DNA from: Chiloscyllium plagiosum
Lineage: Eukaryota
DNA length: 64,000 bases
NCBI RefSeq assembly: GCF_004010195.1
Contig: NC_057711.1
Location: 140,749,601 to 140,813,600, forward strand
Direction: 5' to 3'
This document shows positions 39,461 to 51,829 of this stretch, piece by piece. Below the pieces are notes generated by a model that was not told the origin of the DNA, searched no databases, and saw nothing but the letters and a program-made list of their open reading frames with translations. Both the position numbers and the translations under genes were made by a program. Each line of letters starts with the position of its first letter. The stretch's first letter is position 1.

Positions 39461-42400
39461 GTTCCTCACTTTTTGATGGCTGGACTCTGTGAGGTCTCAG
39501 TGTAGGCTGCGGGTTCACTGATGGCCTGTGAGCCTCAGCTTAGCCTTGCAGGCTGTCCCTCAGTGAGGACAACGTAAGGCCATAAGACATAGGAGTGGAA
39601 GAAAGGCCATTTGGCCCATCGAGTCCACTCCGCCATTCAATCATGGCTGATGGGCATTTCAACGCCACTTTACCCTCACTCCCTCTGTATCCCTTAATTC
39701 CTTGCGAGGTTAAGAATTTATCAATCTTTGCCTTGAGGACATTTAACGTCCCGGCCTCCACTGCGCTCCGTGGCAATGAATTCTACAGGACCACCACACT
39801 CTGGCTGAAGAAATGTCTCCTCATTTTCATTCTAAGTTGACCTCCTGTAATGACTTGATAATATCAGTTATCAATTGGCAGTGATTTGAGCAGCTGTTGG
39901 TGCTCTGTGACTGCTCTTGTTTGGAAGAGCTCACCTCTGATGATGTCTTACCATTTTACTCCTGATTCTGCACCTGTTTCCATGCATTGATGTCAGTAGA
40001 GCAGACCTGGAGGTTTCAAGACTGTCTTTGAAACATTTCCTTTCAACCTGTGAAATACAGTTTTGTGTGCGGCCATTTGTGAGATGGTGTTATGATCTGT
40101 GGAAAACAGCAGAAGCAAAGGCCACAGTGATTTTGACAGCTACTGGCAGGGATTATGGTGAGCAGTGCTGCATGGTGCAATCTTTTTGTTATGGGATATA
40201 TTTATAGAGTCATAGAGATGTACAGCACAGAAACAGATCATTTGGTCCAACCCGAGCTGACCAGATATCCCAACTCAATCTAGTCCCACTGCCAGCACCC
40301 GGCCCATATCCCTCCAAACCCTTCCTGTTCATCTTTTTGAACATGATTTGGAGAGTCACAGTTTCTTATTCTTGGTGAGATAGCTTTGTCTCCAACACAG
40401 AGTCATAGATATATATAGCATGGAAAGAGACTCTTTGGTCCACCTCGTCCATGCCAATCAAATATCCTAAATTAATCTTATTCCATTTGCCAGCACTTTG
40501 CCCATGTCCCTCTAAACCCTTCCTATTCATATATCTATCCAGATGCCTCTTAAATGTAATTATACCAACCTCTTCCACTTCCTCTGGCAGCTCATTCCAT
40601 ACACATTCATCCTCTGCATGAAAATGTTGTCCCTTAAGTCCCTTTTAAATTTGTCCCCTCTCACCCTAAACGTATGCTCTCTAGTTCCGGACTCCCCCAC
40701 CCCAATAGACCTTGTCTATTTACTCTATCCATGCCCCTTATGATTTTATAAACCTTTATAAGGTCACCCCTCAGCCTTTGATGCTCCAGGGAAAACAGCC
40801 CCAGTCTATTTAGCCACTCCCTATAGCTCAAACCCTCCAACCCTAGTAAACTTTCTGCTGGGGTGTGGACTCCAAACCTTCCAAATGCTTCTCTCCTCTG
40901 CCCTCATGTTTGAGCTGTGGCCTTCCTCCTTATCGTTACCAATCCAAAATCTGAGAGGCATGACCCCGTCCTTGTCAGCAGCTGCTTTCTTTTGGGCTCG
41001 GGAGGCCTCCCAGTTCTGTTTCACAGCCTTGTTTTCTCTTTGCCCTGTGATACTAGAAGGGTAACAACTCTCTCAACACGAGCACTTACATCCGATTCTC
41101 TTAGCAGCTTCCACTGATCCAACGGTAGCTGCATATCAATAAGTAAAGCCCCACCCATACTACCCAACACCTCAAGGGGCCCACCTAATTCCTCAGTGAC
41201 CAGGACTGTCTCTCCAGTGTGCATTCACCTGGTTTGTACGGAGACAGCTGGTGTAGCTTTTGCACATCCATCAAAATCAGAATGTGTCCATCAACAAGTT
41301 CAGATCAGGCAGAATTTTGGGACCACCCTGTCCTTTTCTTGATGATTCACTGGAAATGGCATTGGAAAATCAGTTTGTTGATCAGTTGGTATTTTCACCT
41401 TCTGCGCAACTCCATTCCTCCAGAGGGCTTTTAATATCATTAATAAATCCTAGATCAGAATCCCAGGATCTGTATGTTGTATGCTGATCTTGAGGTTTTT
41501 GTACATTATAATAATTTGGAGTTAAACATTTATCTGGTCTCTAATGTTAAATTGTATCGATCTATGTGGCCCAAACAAATAAAACGTTTAATACCCTGGT
41601 ATTAAAGATAAACTACTCACCCTGCACTGTGTTACCTCATTTAAATATTAGCAACAACTTGCATTTATAAAATGGCTGTTTGGTAGTATGCAATTTGAAT
41701 ATTGCAAAAAAGATCTGAAGCTTTTCATTTTTCAGGATAAATGTAAGAATGCCAAATTTCGAATATTCACAACAATTTATATCACAGAGAAAGGGTTCTG
41801 ATTAACAGATGAAAAACATTTCAAGATGGCACCTCACAGAAGCATTATCGAACTAAAATACACACCAAGCCCAAGATGAGATGATCAAAGGCTTTGTCAA
41901 AGAGGTGGGTGTAAAGCAGCACCTTGAAGACAGAGAGGGAGGCAGAGGGCATCAGGGAGGAAATTTCAGAGTATAGGGCCTAGATGGCTGAAGGCACGTA
42001 CTGGTGAGAGAGTGAAGGGGAGAGTTGTGAACTAAACACCAGAGTCAGAAAAGTAAGTGGTTTTGGAGATGGAGTACCATTATAGGAGTGAAGTAGGTTA
42101 GAAGAACAAGACATAGAACGGATTTACACAAAACAATGAGAATCTTAAATTCGATCCATTTGGAGAATAGGATTAAATGTAGGTCCATGAGTACAGAAGT
42201 AAAAGATTAGCGGTGGTGTAGATATTAGGATATTGGCAGCAGAGATTAGGGCAATGAGATTTATGGAAGAACAAACAAAACAGTTTGGTATTGGTCAAGT
42301 ATGCAGGTAACAAATGGATGGATGAAGAGTTTGATGGCATGTAGGCAATGTTAACTGAGAAAGAAATTGATGTTGTTTGTGATGAAAAGAATGAGGATTC

Positions 42401-42799
42401 AAGCTTATTTAAGATTCAAATACTAGGCAAAAGATGTGAATAGGTCTATTCCACCTGAGACAGTGTGAGTGGAGGAAGGATGGAATTAGTAGTGAACAAT
42501 TCATGGCAGGGACTAAAAACAATGGCTTTGGCCTACTGATATTTAAGGAGAAAGTGAGGACTGCAGATGCTGGAGATCAGAGCTGAAAATGTGTTGCTGG
42601 AAAAGCGCAGCAGGTCAGGCAGCATCCAAGGAACAGGAGAATCAACGTTTCGGGCATAAGCCCTTCTTCAGGAATGAGGAAAGTGTGTCCAGCAGGCTAA
42701 GATAAAAGGTAGGGAGGAGGGACTTGGGGGAGGAACGTTGGAATTGCAATAGGTGAAGGGAGGTCAAGGTGAGGGTGATAGGCCGGAGTGGGGTGGGGG

Positions 42800-42845
42800 N
42801 NNNNNNNNNNNNNNNNNNNNNNNNNNNNNNNNNNNNNNNNNNNNN
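42800..42845. other. Assembly gap (46 N) at the centre of a long inverted repeat
   Basis: Run of N. Confidence 1.
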
Positions 42846-42991
42846 AATCTTCTTCCTGACCTCTCCGCCCCCACCCCACTCCGGCCTATCACCCTCACCT
42901 TGACCTCCCTCCACCTATCGCAATTCCAACGCCCCTCCCCCAAGTCCCTCCTCCCTACCTTTTATCTTAGCCTGCTGGACACACTTTCCTC

Positions 42992-43028
42992 ATTCCTGAA
43001 GAAGGGCTTATGCCCGAAACGTTGATTC
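42992..43028 (+). ncRNA. Minimal hammerhead ribozyme motif (mirror copy on the minus strand at about 42640-42675)
   Basis: AUUC-CUGAAGA-A-GGGC uuau GCCC-GAAAC GUU-GAUU. Confidence 0.7.
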
Positions 43029-43444
43029 TCCTGTTCCTTGGATGCTGCCTGACCTGCTGCGCTTTTCCAGCAACACATTTTCAGCTTCTGATATTTAAAC
43101 ATGGAAGTTACAGCTATTGTAGGAATTGATACGAGATAGGCAATCTGACATAAAGATATGGGGGGAGGCGGAACAACAGAGAGAGGTGGTCATGAGGAAG
43201 AGTTAGGTGTTATCAGTATACATGTGGAAGTGGAGCAATATTTGTGATATACAACCAGGCAGGTGAGTTCAAGGAGAGAGTCAAGGACAGATATTGGGGC
43301 ACTCCATGGTTAATGCCACAAAGTTGGGAAGAGAAAACATGTCTGGAACTGTTCTGACTACAACTGGATAGATAAGAGTAAAAGCAAACAAAGGCATTGC
43401 CTCTGACCTGGACAATGAAAGGGATAATTTTTAAAGTACAGATT

Positions 43445-44000
43445 TGAGACAGCCCAGGGAATCCCTTGTGGACTTAATCTGTAAGCCTTTCTTGGTTCAT
43501 CCCAGAGACTCTATTCGTTGATAGTCTGGAATAAAAAACCTCTTACAGATAGTTTAGTTTAATTTTAGTCATCCCCTTTATTTACCAATAGCATCACTGT
43601 TCCAATATAACACTCATACCTATAAGTTAAACTAACTAGGTTCTAATAGCCCAGGAGCGTAGGATATCACTCTTCCTTTAAGAACCCTCGCAGTCTACTC
43701 TGCTGTACTGTTACAAACAGGCTTCCTTTATTCAAAAAGTTTACAAAAACACTGCATGTTCTTAACTCGACAGATAACAGTGCAGGACAATAGTTCATAA
43801 GGGAGAGAAGTTAATCAACAGGTCTGTGTGCACTTGACTGATCACTCCTACAGGCTCTAAGCCATTCATCAGGTGGGAAAAACAAATCCAGCCATGTTAG
43901 GCATCTGCTGGTGAGATAAGTTCCTATCATAGAGAAGTACCAGTCCGAATTAAGTGGGAGATGTCAGAAGGTAACCTTGCACAACTCGCATGTCAGATAC
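43445..44000 (-). mobile_element. Probable partial 3' LTR of the ERV
   Basis: Non-coding block downstream of env on the same strand with two AATAAA signals, ending ...CTGTCTCA on the minus strand. No second LTR is available in the window to confirm it. Confidence 0.4.
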
Positions 44001-45557
44001 TTTTTTTTTATTTCAAAAAATATACTTTATTCATAAATATTTTGATCTGTACAATTGATGATGCCATACATACGTATACATTCAATTTCTTTACATACAG
44101 AGATTGGAATTAATCATTCGTATATACAGGTCTATACGTTTACCATCCATATATTTAGCTGAGGCGTCAGTGGAGCCCACTTACTGAGTGGGCCCCCTGT
44201 TCTTCTTTGGCAGGCAGACGTTACACGGTGGTCTTGCCCCACCGCGCCTTGGCGGCAGCTGTCCCAAGCTTCAGCGGGTCCCTCAACACGTAGTCCTGGA
44301 CCTTGGAATGTGCCAGTCCGCAACAATCAGTCGGGGTCAGCTCCTTCAGCTGGAAGTTCAACAGGTTTCGGACGGACCAAAGAGCGTCTTTGACCGAGTT
44401 GATGAACCTCCAGGCACAGTTGATGTTTGTCTCGGTGTGCGTCCTGGGGAACAGACCGTAGAGTACGGAGTCCCGCGTCACGGAGCTGCTCGGGACAAAT
44501 CTCGACAAACACCACTGCATTCGTCTCCAGACTTCCTTTGCGTAGGCACATTCCAGAAGGAGGTGATTCCAGAAGGAGGTGTGTGACAGTCTCGTCCCCT
44601 CCACAGCCGCTTCAAGGGCAGCGTGCGGTGTGGCAGAGAGTCCAGACATGCAAATGGATCTCACAGGCAGAGCCCTTCTCACCACCAGCCAAGCCATGTC
44701 TTGGTACTTGTTGGAAAGTTCTGGCGATGAGGCATTCTGCCAAATGACTTTGACAGTCTGCCCAGGAAACGCTCAACAGGATCCGAAGGGTCTCAAGGAC
44801 ACTATGTGCTGACCACTTCCTGATGGTCAAAGGTGTTTTGCTCCATAAATTTCTCCACGAAGGACAGGTGATATGGAACGGTCCAACTACTTGGAGCGTT
44901 CCGTGGCAGCGAGGCCAAGCCCATCCTTTGCAACACCGGGGACAGGTAGAACCTTAGTACATAGTGACACTTGGTGTTTGCGTACCGGGATCCACACACA
45001 GCTTGATGCAGCCACACAAAGGTGACCATCAGGGTGAGGGTGGCATTGGGTGTGTGTTTTTCCCCGTTGCCCAGATCTTTATACATCGAGTCCCTTTGGA
45101 CCTGATCCATCTTTGATCTCCATATAAAATGGAAGGTGGCCTAAGACTGATTAATGTGTACACCCCAGTGGGTAAGAGTGAACGGTTGGCCGTCCTGCAG
45201 CAGCTTCCACTGTTGCTGGCCGGATACTTCAACTGTATCATTGATGCAGATGGACGATCCACCGGGGGGTCAGTAAACTGGACATCAGAGTGAGGGTGGC
45301 ATTAGGTGTGTGTTTTCCCCCGTTGCCCAGATCGTTGCGGGCTGGTAAGGGAACGTGGAAGCTGAACACCAAGCTGTTGACCCCAGGAAACATTGAGGAG
45401 CTCAAGAGGGACTACGCAGGTTGGAGAATCGTGAAGCCCCTCTTTGAGTCTCCAGCGGACTGTTGGGAAACAGTAAAAGGGGACATCAAGAGGTTCTTCA
45501 TCCTCAAAGGTGTTCAGGAGGCGAGAGAGAGACAGGGAAAACTGTCTCCTGCTTTTT
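44001..45557 (-). mobile_element. Tx1/L1-clade LINE, internally deleted, with an inverted 5' segment
   Basis: Minus strand carries the ORF2 C-terminus (WLVVRRALPVR...HLLLECAYAKEVW) and an AATAAA/poly-A tail at about 44001-44035. From about 45140 the plus strand carries APE endonuclease pieces (LINVYTP...FNCIID; GKGTWKLNTKLL). Confidence 0.85.
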
Positions 45558-47215
45558 AAGCACTGAATCATTCTGTACCTGAGGCTGAGATATTACAGCG
45601 ACTATAGCCAGCAAGTATCACTCCATCCACATGAATCGGATGACAGTGTGTCTTGACCCATTTTGTTGATAACATCTGTGTCGTCCAAAATGTCTTTTGA
45701 GAAATCATCGATGTAGATGCAGCATTGCAGGCCAATGACTGAACAAGCGCCTCCTTTTTTAGCAAGGAGGAAATCTAGCATTTGCCGATTCTGAAGCATC
45801 ATCATCCGTATCTCCTGTAAATCTTTGTTCACCAGCTTCAAAGCATGGGCAGTGAGTTGGCAAGTTTTCCGATGTCATACGCAAGGTCACTTATCTGATC
45901 TAGGGCCATCTCAACACTCCAGCCAGGAATAAGGCCTCCCAGCAACCTGGACCACCAGGTTTGTTGATGGAAGAAGTTGTGTAAGTCCCGTTTTGTTTTT
46001 CCTCTACTTTTTGTTCCATACTGATTCACATGTTGGTGGGCATTCCATTCATCATCTACTTCAGGAATTTCATGGTGGATGGTGAAAAGTGGTAAGGTGT
46101 GTACTAGGGCACAGCATCCACCCAGTCATTGGGTAGATATGGGTAGGCTTTGTTTTCACACAGCCAATGAAGGCTAAAAGGAGTTCCAAGGGTGCACTTC
46201 TGTGAGTGAATGACGAGTCCATTCAGAGCGAGAGCTGAATCTTGTAAACGGTGAGTGCTATCAAATATTCGATTGACCGAGTATATTGACGGATGGAGAG
46301 CAGGAGTACGACCAGAGTCTTTGATAATATTTTTGCACAGTTTTTGCTTTACTTGCCCATGTCGTGGGTACTGGAAATTCTTTCAATGCTCCATTTTAAC
46401 AGCAGATCAATGTTAATGTTGAATCCTTCAGGTTTGTTAGTGCACTTCACACAGCGACGTGCTTCTTCTACCAAATGGGTTTTTCCATCACAAATGAGGG
46501 ATTGCATAAGCAGGGTGAGTCCTATTTATACACTGTACATCAGAATGATGGAAGGGTGAGCAGATAACACTGTTTAGCTTGAATAAAGAAACCATTAGTA
46601 ATAGGAGGAAGATTGGGAGTGCATAGTCTTTCTTCATCTTTCCAGCTTGTGTTGTTAATTACAGTAGCTACTGAATACAGGAAACGTGTAAAGGTATTTC
46701 TGTCAGTGGCAGTAGGTTGGATAGGAGAGGGTTCTGTTAAGAAAGTATAGGTGATCTCTCTCATAGGAATAAGTACTTTAGGGTTTGGTGATTTCGGTAC
46801 TACGTGCTCAATTCTGCAATATGTACGGTTCATTTTGAGAGGGGAACAGACAAACATTTCAAAGTAACAATTTTCGGTTGACGGAGCGGATGAGGTTAAG
46901 GAATTGTGCCATCATGATGAATGGCATAGAAGTGTTGTGAGGATGACAATAAGGTTGAGAGTGATGTTTGAATATGCAATGTGAATAGTTTAAATGAGTT
47001 TCAGCTGGGCAGCTGCATTCATGACTTCCAATGGTATTAGTGCGAGTTTCATTTATACAGTCACATTGGAGTTTTAGCCGGTCTGAGATATCACAGATGG
47101 GTTGGTTACATCTGGGCATAAGCACTTGGGTTGGGTTTTCATCAAATGCCTGTATCAGTACTAACACTAGGACTGTGAGGGGGATACAAGCTTGCAATGT
47201 ACTTTGTAGACCCAT
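45558..47215 (-). pseudogene. Endogenous retrovirus env (gamma-type), frameshifted
   Basis: Signal peptide MGLQSTLQACIPLTVLVLVLIQA overlaps the pol end. Also present: frameshifted C-F-V-C motif at about 46850, furin-type site GKTKR, fusion peptide WWSRLLGGLIPGW, ISD-like LQNRQMLDFLLAKKGG and CX6CC (CSVIGLQCC). Confidence 0.9.
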
Positions 47216-47730
47216 GTTGAGTGTCCTTCTACTTTTACTGCAGTTTCAGTTGTCAGAAGTGCTTTATAAGGACCTTTCCAGCGGGGGCCCAATTTTTCAC
47301 AATTAAAGTCTTTCAATAGTATGTAGTCAGCAGGGTTAATGTCTTTAAACACTGGAGCTGTTTCTTCTTCCTTCCCTAGTAGTCGATGAGCTTCTTGGTT
47401 CTGTTGATGATAAGATTGCAATGCTTTGGTTAGCTTAATCAGGTACCTGTGCTTCTCTTCTAACATGACATGCACATCAACAGGGTGTTGGGCAGTTAAT
47501 GATGCAGACTAGGGAGTCCTCAGGGGCTTTCCATATATCAGTTCAGCCACCGAGAATCCCGTCTTGTTCTGTATCATGGTTCTCATGTTAAAAAGGGCAA
47601 TTGGGAATACTTGCAGCCAATTAAGGCCCGTTTCTTCTACTAACTTGCTTAGCTGACCTTTTAAGGTACCATTGGCTCTTTCTACAATTCCCGCTGCTTG
47701 GGGATGGTTGGCACGATGGAATTTTAAATT
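47167..47730 (-). pseudogene. Endogenous retrovirus pol fragment: integrase core end and C-terminal domain (class I, gamma/epsilon-like)
   Basis: FHRANHPQAAGIVERANGTLKGQLSKLVEETGLNWLQVFPIALFNMR...GFSVAELIYGKP, an in-frame TAG at 47511-47509, then LGPRWKGPYKALLTTETAVKVEGHSTWVYKVHCK. Confidence 0.92.
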
Positions 47731-48479
47731 ACATTAGTTTGAATTTAATTTGCACTTCTGGTTGTTTTAAAGTTGAACTGAAATAGGTTTTTTTAAAAAA
47801 ACTAGCAAGGTTTTGATTCTTTCAGCAGTGCATCATTTTCTTTCACCTTCTGGTTAAAGAGCACGAACTGGTTTTAAAAGCAGCAGTTAGCTTTGATCAA
47901 AATCAGTGGCCTTAAGTTCATTTATCAATGCAATTGTAACACTCCTAACACACAGGGACAAATGATTCACTGGGGGAAGGGCATGAGCCTGCTGTACAGT
48001 CCTCTCGTACACTGCGGATGTCTATTGTGATATGAATTGCTTAAGTGCTGTACTGGCACAAAATGTCAAGACCCTAGTTGGGTTATTGCAGGCAAATCTG
48101 AGCAGAGCACATTAGAGTGAATAGAAGCCCTCAGAGACAATGCAAATGACATTTACAAGAATGACACCAGAGCCGAAAGAGTTTGGTATATGGGAAAACC
48201 AAAGAAATAGTTTTTTTGTCCTTAAAGCAGAGTTTAAGAGAATAATTGATAGAAGTGTTCAAAAACATGAAGGACTTTGTTGCAAATAAAACAAAACCAT
48301 TTCCAGTGTTAGAGAGGTCAGTGGACCTAGATTTAGGATATTTTGCAAAAGAGCTAGAGGCAACTTGAGGATTTATTTTGTTTTGTTTTGCAAAGAACAA
48401 AACATTTGATCAAGAATGCCTGAAAGAATGTTGAAAAGAGATTCCGTAATAACTTTCAAAAGGAATACATATCCGAAGG

Positions 48480-50785
48480 CTATCAAATTGGAAAAGAAGG
48501 CATACCAAGTAGCCAAAACAGCATGAAACTAGAAGACTGGGAAAACTTTAAAGGTCAACAGAAAGCCACAAAAAGAGCTATAAAGAAAGGTAAGATAGAA
48601 CATGAGAAAAAAACTAGCACAGAATATAAAAACAGATAGCAAAAGTTTCTATAAATACATAAAACAAAAAAGAGTGGCTAAAGTAAATGTTGGTCCTTTA
48701 GAGGATGAGAAGGGGCATTTAGTTATAGAATATGATGAACTGGCCGAGGTATTGAACAGGTATTTTGTATAGGTCTTCAAAGTGGAGGACACTAATAACA
48801 TGCCAGTAATTGACAAAAAGTCAAAGATAAGTGAGGACCTGGAAGCAATCATTATTACAAAAGCGGTAGTGTTGGGCAAGCTAATGGAGCTAAGGATAGA
48901 CAAGTCTCCTGGCCCCGATGGAATGCATCCCAGGGTACTAAAAGAGATGGTGGGAGAAATAGCAAGTGCACTGGTGGTAATTTTCCAAAATTTGTTGGAC
49001 TCTGGGGCAGTCCCAGCAGATTGGAAAACAACAAATGTGACACCACTATTTAAAAATGGAGGTAGACAAATGGGTACTTATAAACTGGTTAGCTTAATCT
49101 CTGTAGTGGGGAAGATTATTGAGTCTATTATCAAGGAAGAAATAGCAAAGTATCTCGATAAAAATTGTCCCATTAGGCAGATGCAGCATGGGTTCATGAA
49201 GGGCACGTCATGCTTAACAAATTTTTTGGAATTCTATGAAGACATTATGAGCAAGGTGGACATTGGGGACCCAGTGGATGTGGTGTACCTAGATTTCCAA
49301 AAGGCTTTCAACAAGGTGCCGCACAAGAGGCTGCTGCTTAAGATAATGATGCATGGTGTTACAGGTAGAGTATTAGCATAGATAGAGGGTTAATTGACTA
49401 ACAGGAATCAAAGAGTGGGGATAAATGAGTGCAATTCTGCTTGGCAATCAGTGACTAGTAGTGTGCCTCAGGGATTAGTGTTGGGATTGCAATTATTCAC
49501 AATTTATGCAGATGATTTGGAGTTGGGGATCACGTGTAGTGTGTCAAAGTTTGCACATGGCACTAAGACAAGTGGCAGAGCAAAGTGTGCAAGGGACTGT
49601 GAAACATAGAGACTTTGAGTGAGTGGGCAAAGGTCTGAATCATAGAATCCCTACAGTGTGGAAACTGGCCATTTGGCCCAACAAGTCCACACCCAACTCT
49701 CCAAAGAGTAACCTACCCAAACCCCATTCCCTACCCGAATATTCTATATTTACTCCTGACAAATGCACCTAACCTACACATCCCTGAATACTCTGAGCGA
49801 TTTAGCATGGCCAATTCACCTAACCTGCACATCTTTGACCTGTGGGAGGAAACCAATGCAGACACGAGGAAAATGTGCAAACTCCACACGGACAGTCACC
49901 CGAGGCTGGAATTGAACCCAGGTCCCTGGAACTGTGAGGCAGCAGTGCTAACCAATGAGCCACCATGCTGCCCCTGACAGATGGAATACAATGTTAATAA
50001 ATGTTAAGTCACCCATTTCGGTAGGAGTAACAGTAAAAAGGTCACTACTTGAACGGTAAAAAGTTGCAGCATGCTGCTATGCACAGGGACCTGGGTGTCC
50101 TTGTGCATGAATCACAGAAGGTTGGTCTGCAGGTAGGAAGGCAAATGGAATTTCGTCCTTCATTGCTAAAGGGATTGAGTTTTAAAAACAAGGAGGTTAT
50201 GTTGCAGCTGTACAGGATGCTGGTGAGGCCACAGCTGGAGTACTATGTGCAGTTTTGGTCTCCTTGCTTGAGAAAGGATGTACTGGCACTGGAGGGGTGC
50301 AGAGTAGGTTCACTAGGTTGATTCCGGAGTTGAGGGGGTTGTCTTATGAGGAGAGACTGAGTAAACTGGGATTAAATTCATTGGCATTCAGAAGAATGAG
50401 GGGGATCTTATAGAAACATATGAAATTATGAAGGGAATAGATATTGTAGAAGTTGAAAGGATGTTTCCACTGGCAGGTGAAACTAGGACAAGAGGGCATA
50501 GCCTCAAGATTACAGGGAGCAGATTTAGGACTGAATTGAGAAGGAACATCTTCACCCAGAGGGTTGTGAATCTATGGAATTCATTGCCCAGTGGTAGTGG
50601 ATACTACTTCAGTGAACGTTTTTAAACCTAAGATAGATTTTTTTTAACAATAAGGGAACTAAGGGATACAGTGAGAGGGTGGGTAAGTGGATCTGAGACC
50701 ATGAAAAGATCAGCCATGAATGGCGGAGCAGGCTCGAAGGGTCAGACAGCCTTATTCCTGCTTCTAGTTCTTATGTTCTTATGAA
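48480..50785 (+). mobile_element. CR1 LINE, 5'-truncated ORF2
   Basis: KSPGPDGMHPRVLKE, QHGFMKGTSCLTNFLEF, DVVYLDFQKAFNKVPH, SVPQGLVLG, RTRGHSLK; (TTCTTATG) tail. Confidence 0.92.
49637..49973 (-). mobile_element. HE1-type SINE inserted in a CR1 LINE
   Basis: Interrupts CR1 RT between ...AAGGTCTGA and CAGATGGAATAC; ctga is duplicated at the junctions. Confidence 0.8.
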
Positions 50786-51829
50786 GTGAAATACCATACA
50801 GGGTAATGGAGAAGGAGCAGAGAGTGGGATTAATTGGCTAGCTCTCCAAAAAAGCTGGCTTAATTGACAAAATAGTTGCCTTTATTTTGAGTTATTGGTG
50901 GGAGGAGTAAATGTTTAGTTGAGGATAATGAGGTCAAAGAGAGAGTAAGTGAATTGTTGATCAGATCATTGACTCCACAAGTACGTATTTTGAACAAAGG
51001 ACAAATGGTTGAGTAACTGGCAATTTAAAACATTTGATTAGGGACATCTCTTCTTATTTTAGTACAGCACTGAGATTGAAATGGGGCATGGGAATATGGA
51101 TTGTATGATAATTTATAGAAAGGTGAAGTTGAGGATTATCAGATCAGAGAGCAGATTCGATGGGCCAAATAATTTTACAGATTATGACAAGTTCAAGAAC
51201 GTGATCAAAGATGATCTAACATGATTGTGAGGGTAGTGAGCCTGTATAACGTGGAAAGAGTTTGTTCCTGTGTGTATGGGCTGGAGAGTGGGAGAAGGTT
51301 AGCACCAAATATGAACACTAACTTAGGCCATTTGGACTCACTAGCCTGTTTTTCCACTGTTTCTGTAAAGCAATTTTTTTCATTAAAATTGTAGGATTAG
51401 ACTGTATTGTCCTCACATTTTTCTCTGCACACAACAAAATTATAAGCATGCATGAGTGTTTTAGCAGAACTAGTAAAAATTCTAACTGTCAGCTAACTAT
51501 TATCTACATGTGGTCTATTTTTGTTTTTCTCTATATGGCTTCGGCAAGTCAGAGGTGAAAAATTGGGCAGATCTTTATCGTATTTCTCTATTTCATAAGA
51601 GATATCGCCTTCTATTTTGGAAAATACAAATATGTAGTGGAGGGGTCTCTTTAATTCACAATTATCAAGGAATAAAGTTTTGAAAACAAGTCACTAATTT
51701 CAGTGCTGGAAATACAATAGCATCTCAGAGGATTCATGGTTGCTGAGTGTTTTGCTCCCATGACTGGAATATGCGAGTCATATTTTGCTAAGGAATTACA
51801 CTTTGGAAGTTTCATTGCTCTCTTAACAA

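Larger units (their letters stand above)
42547..43087. mobile_element. Young Penelope-like fold-back insertion, family B, with a gap in the loop
   Basis: Near-identical ~220-bp inverted arms (42581-42799 / about 42868-43086), each with CTGAAGAAGGGCTTATGCCCGAAACGTT; TSD ctgatatttaa at 42536-42546 and 43088-43098. Confidence 0.9.

Noticed and set aside
45558-47215. Domesticated syncytin-like env gene
   Set aside because: Multiple frameshifts and stops, and no intact transmembrane anchor.
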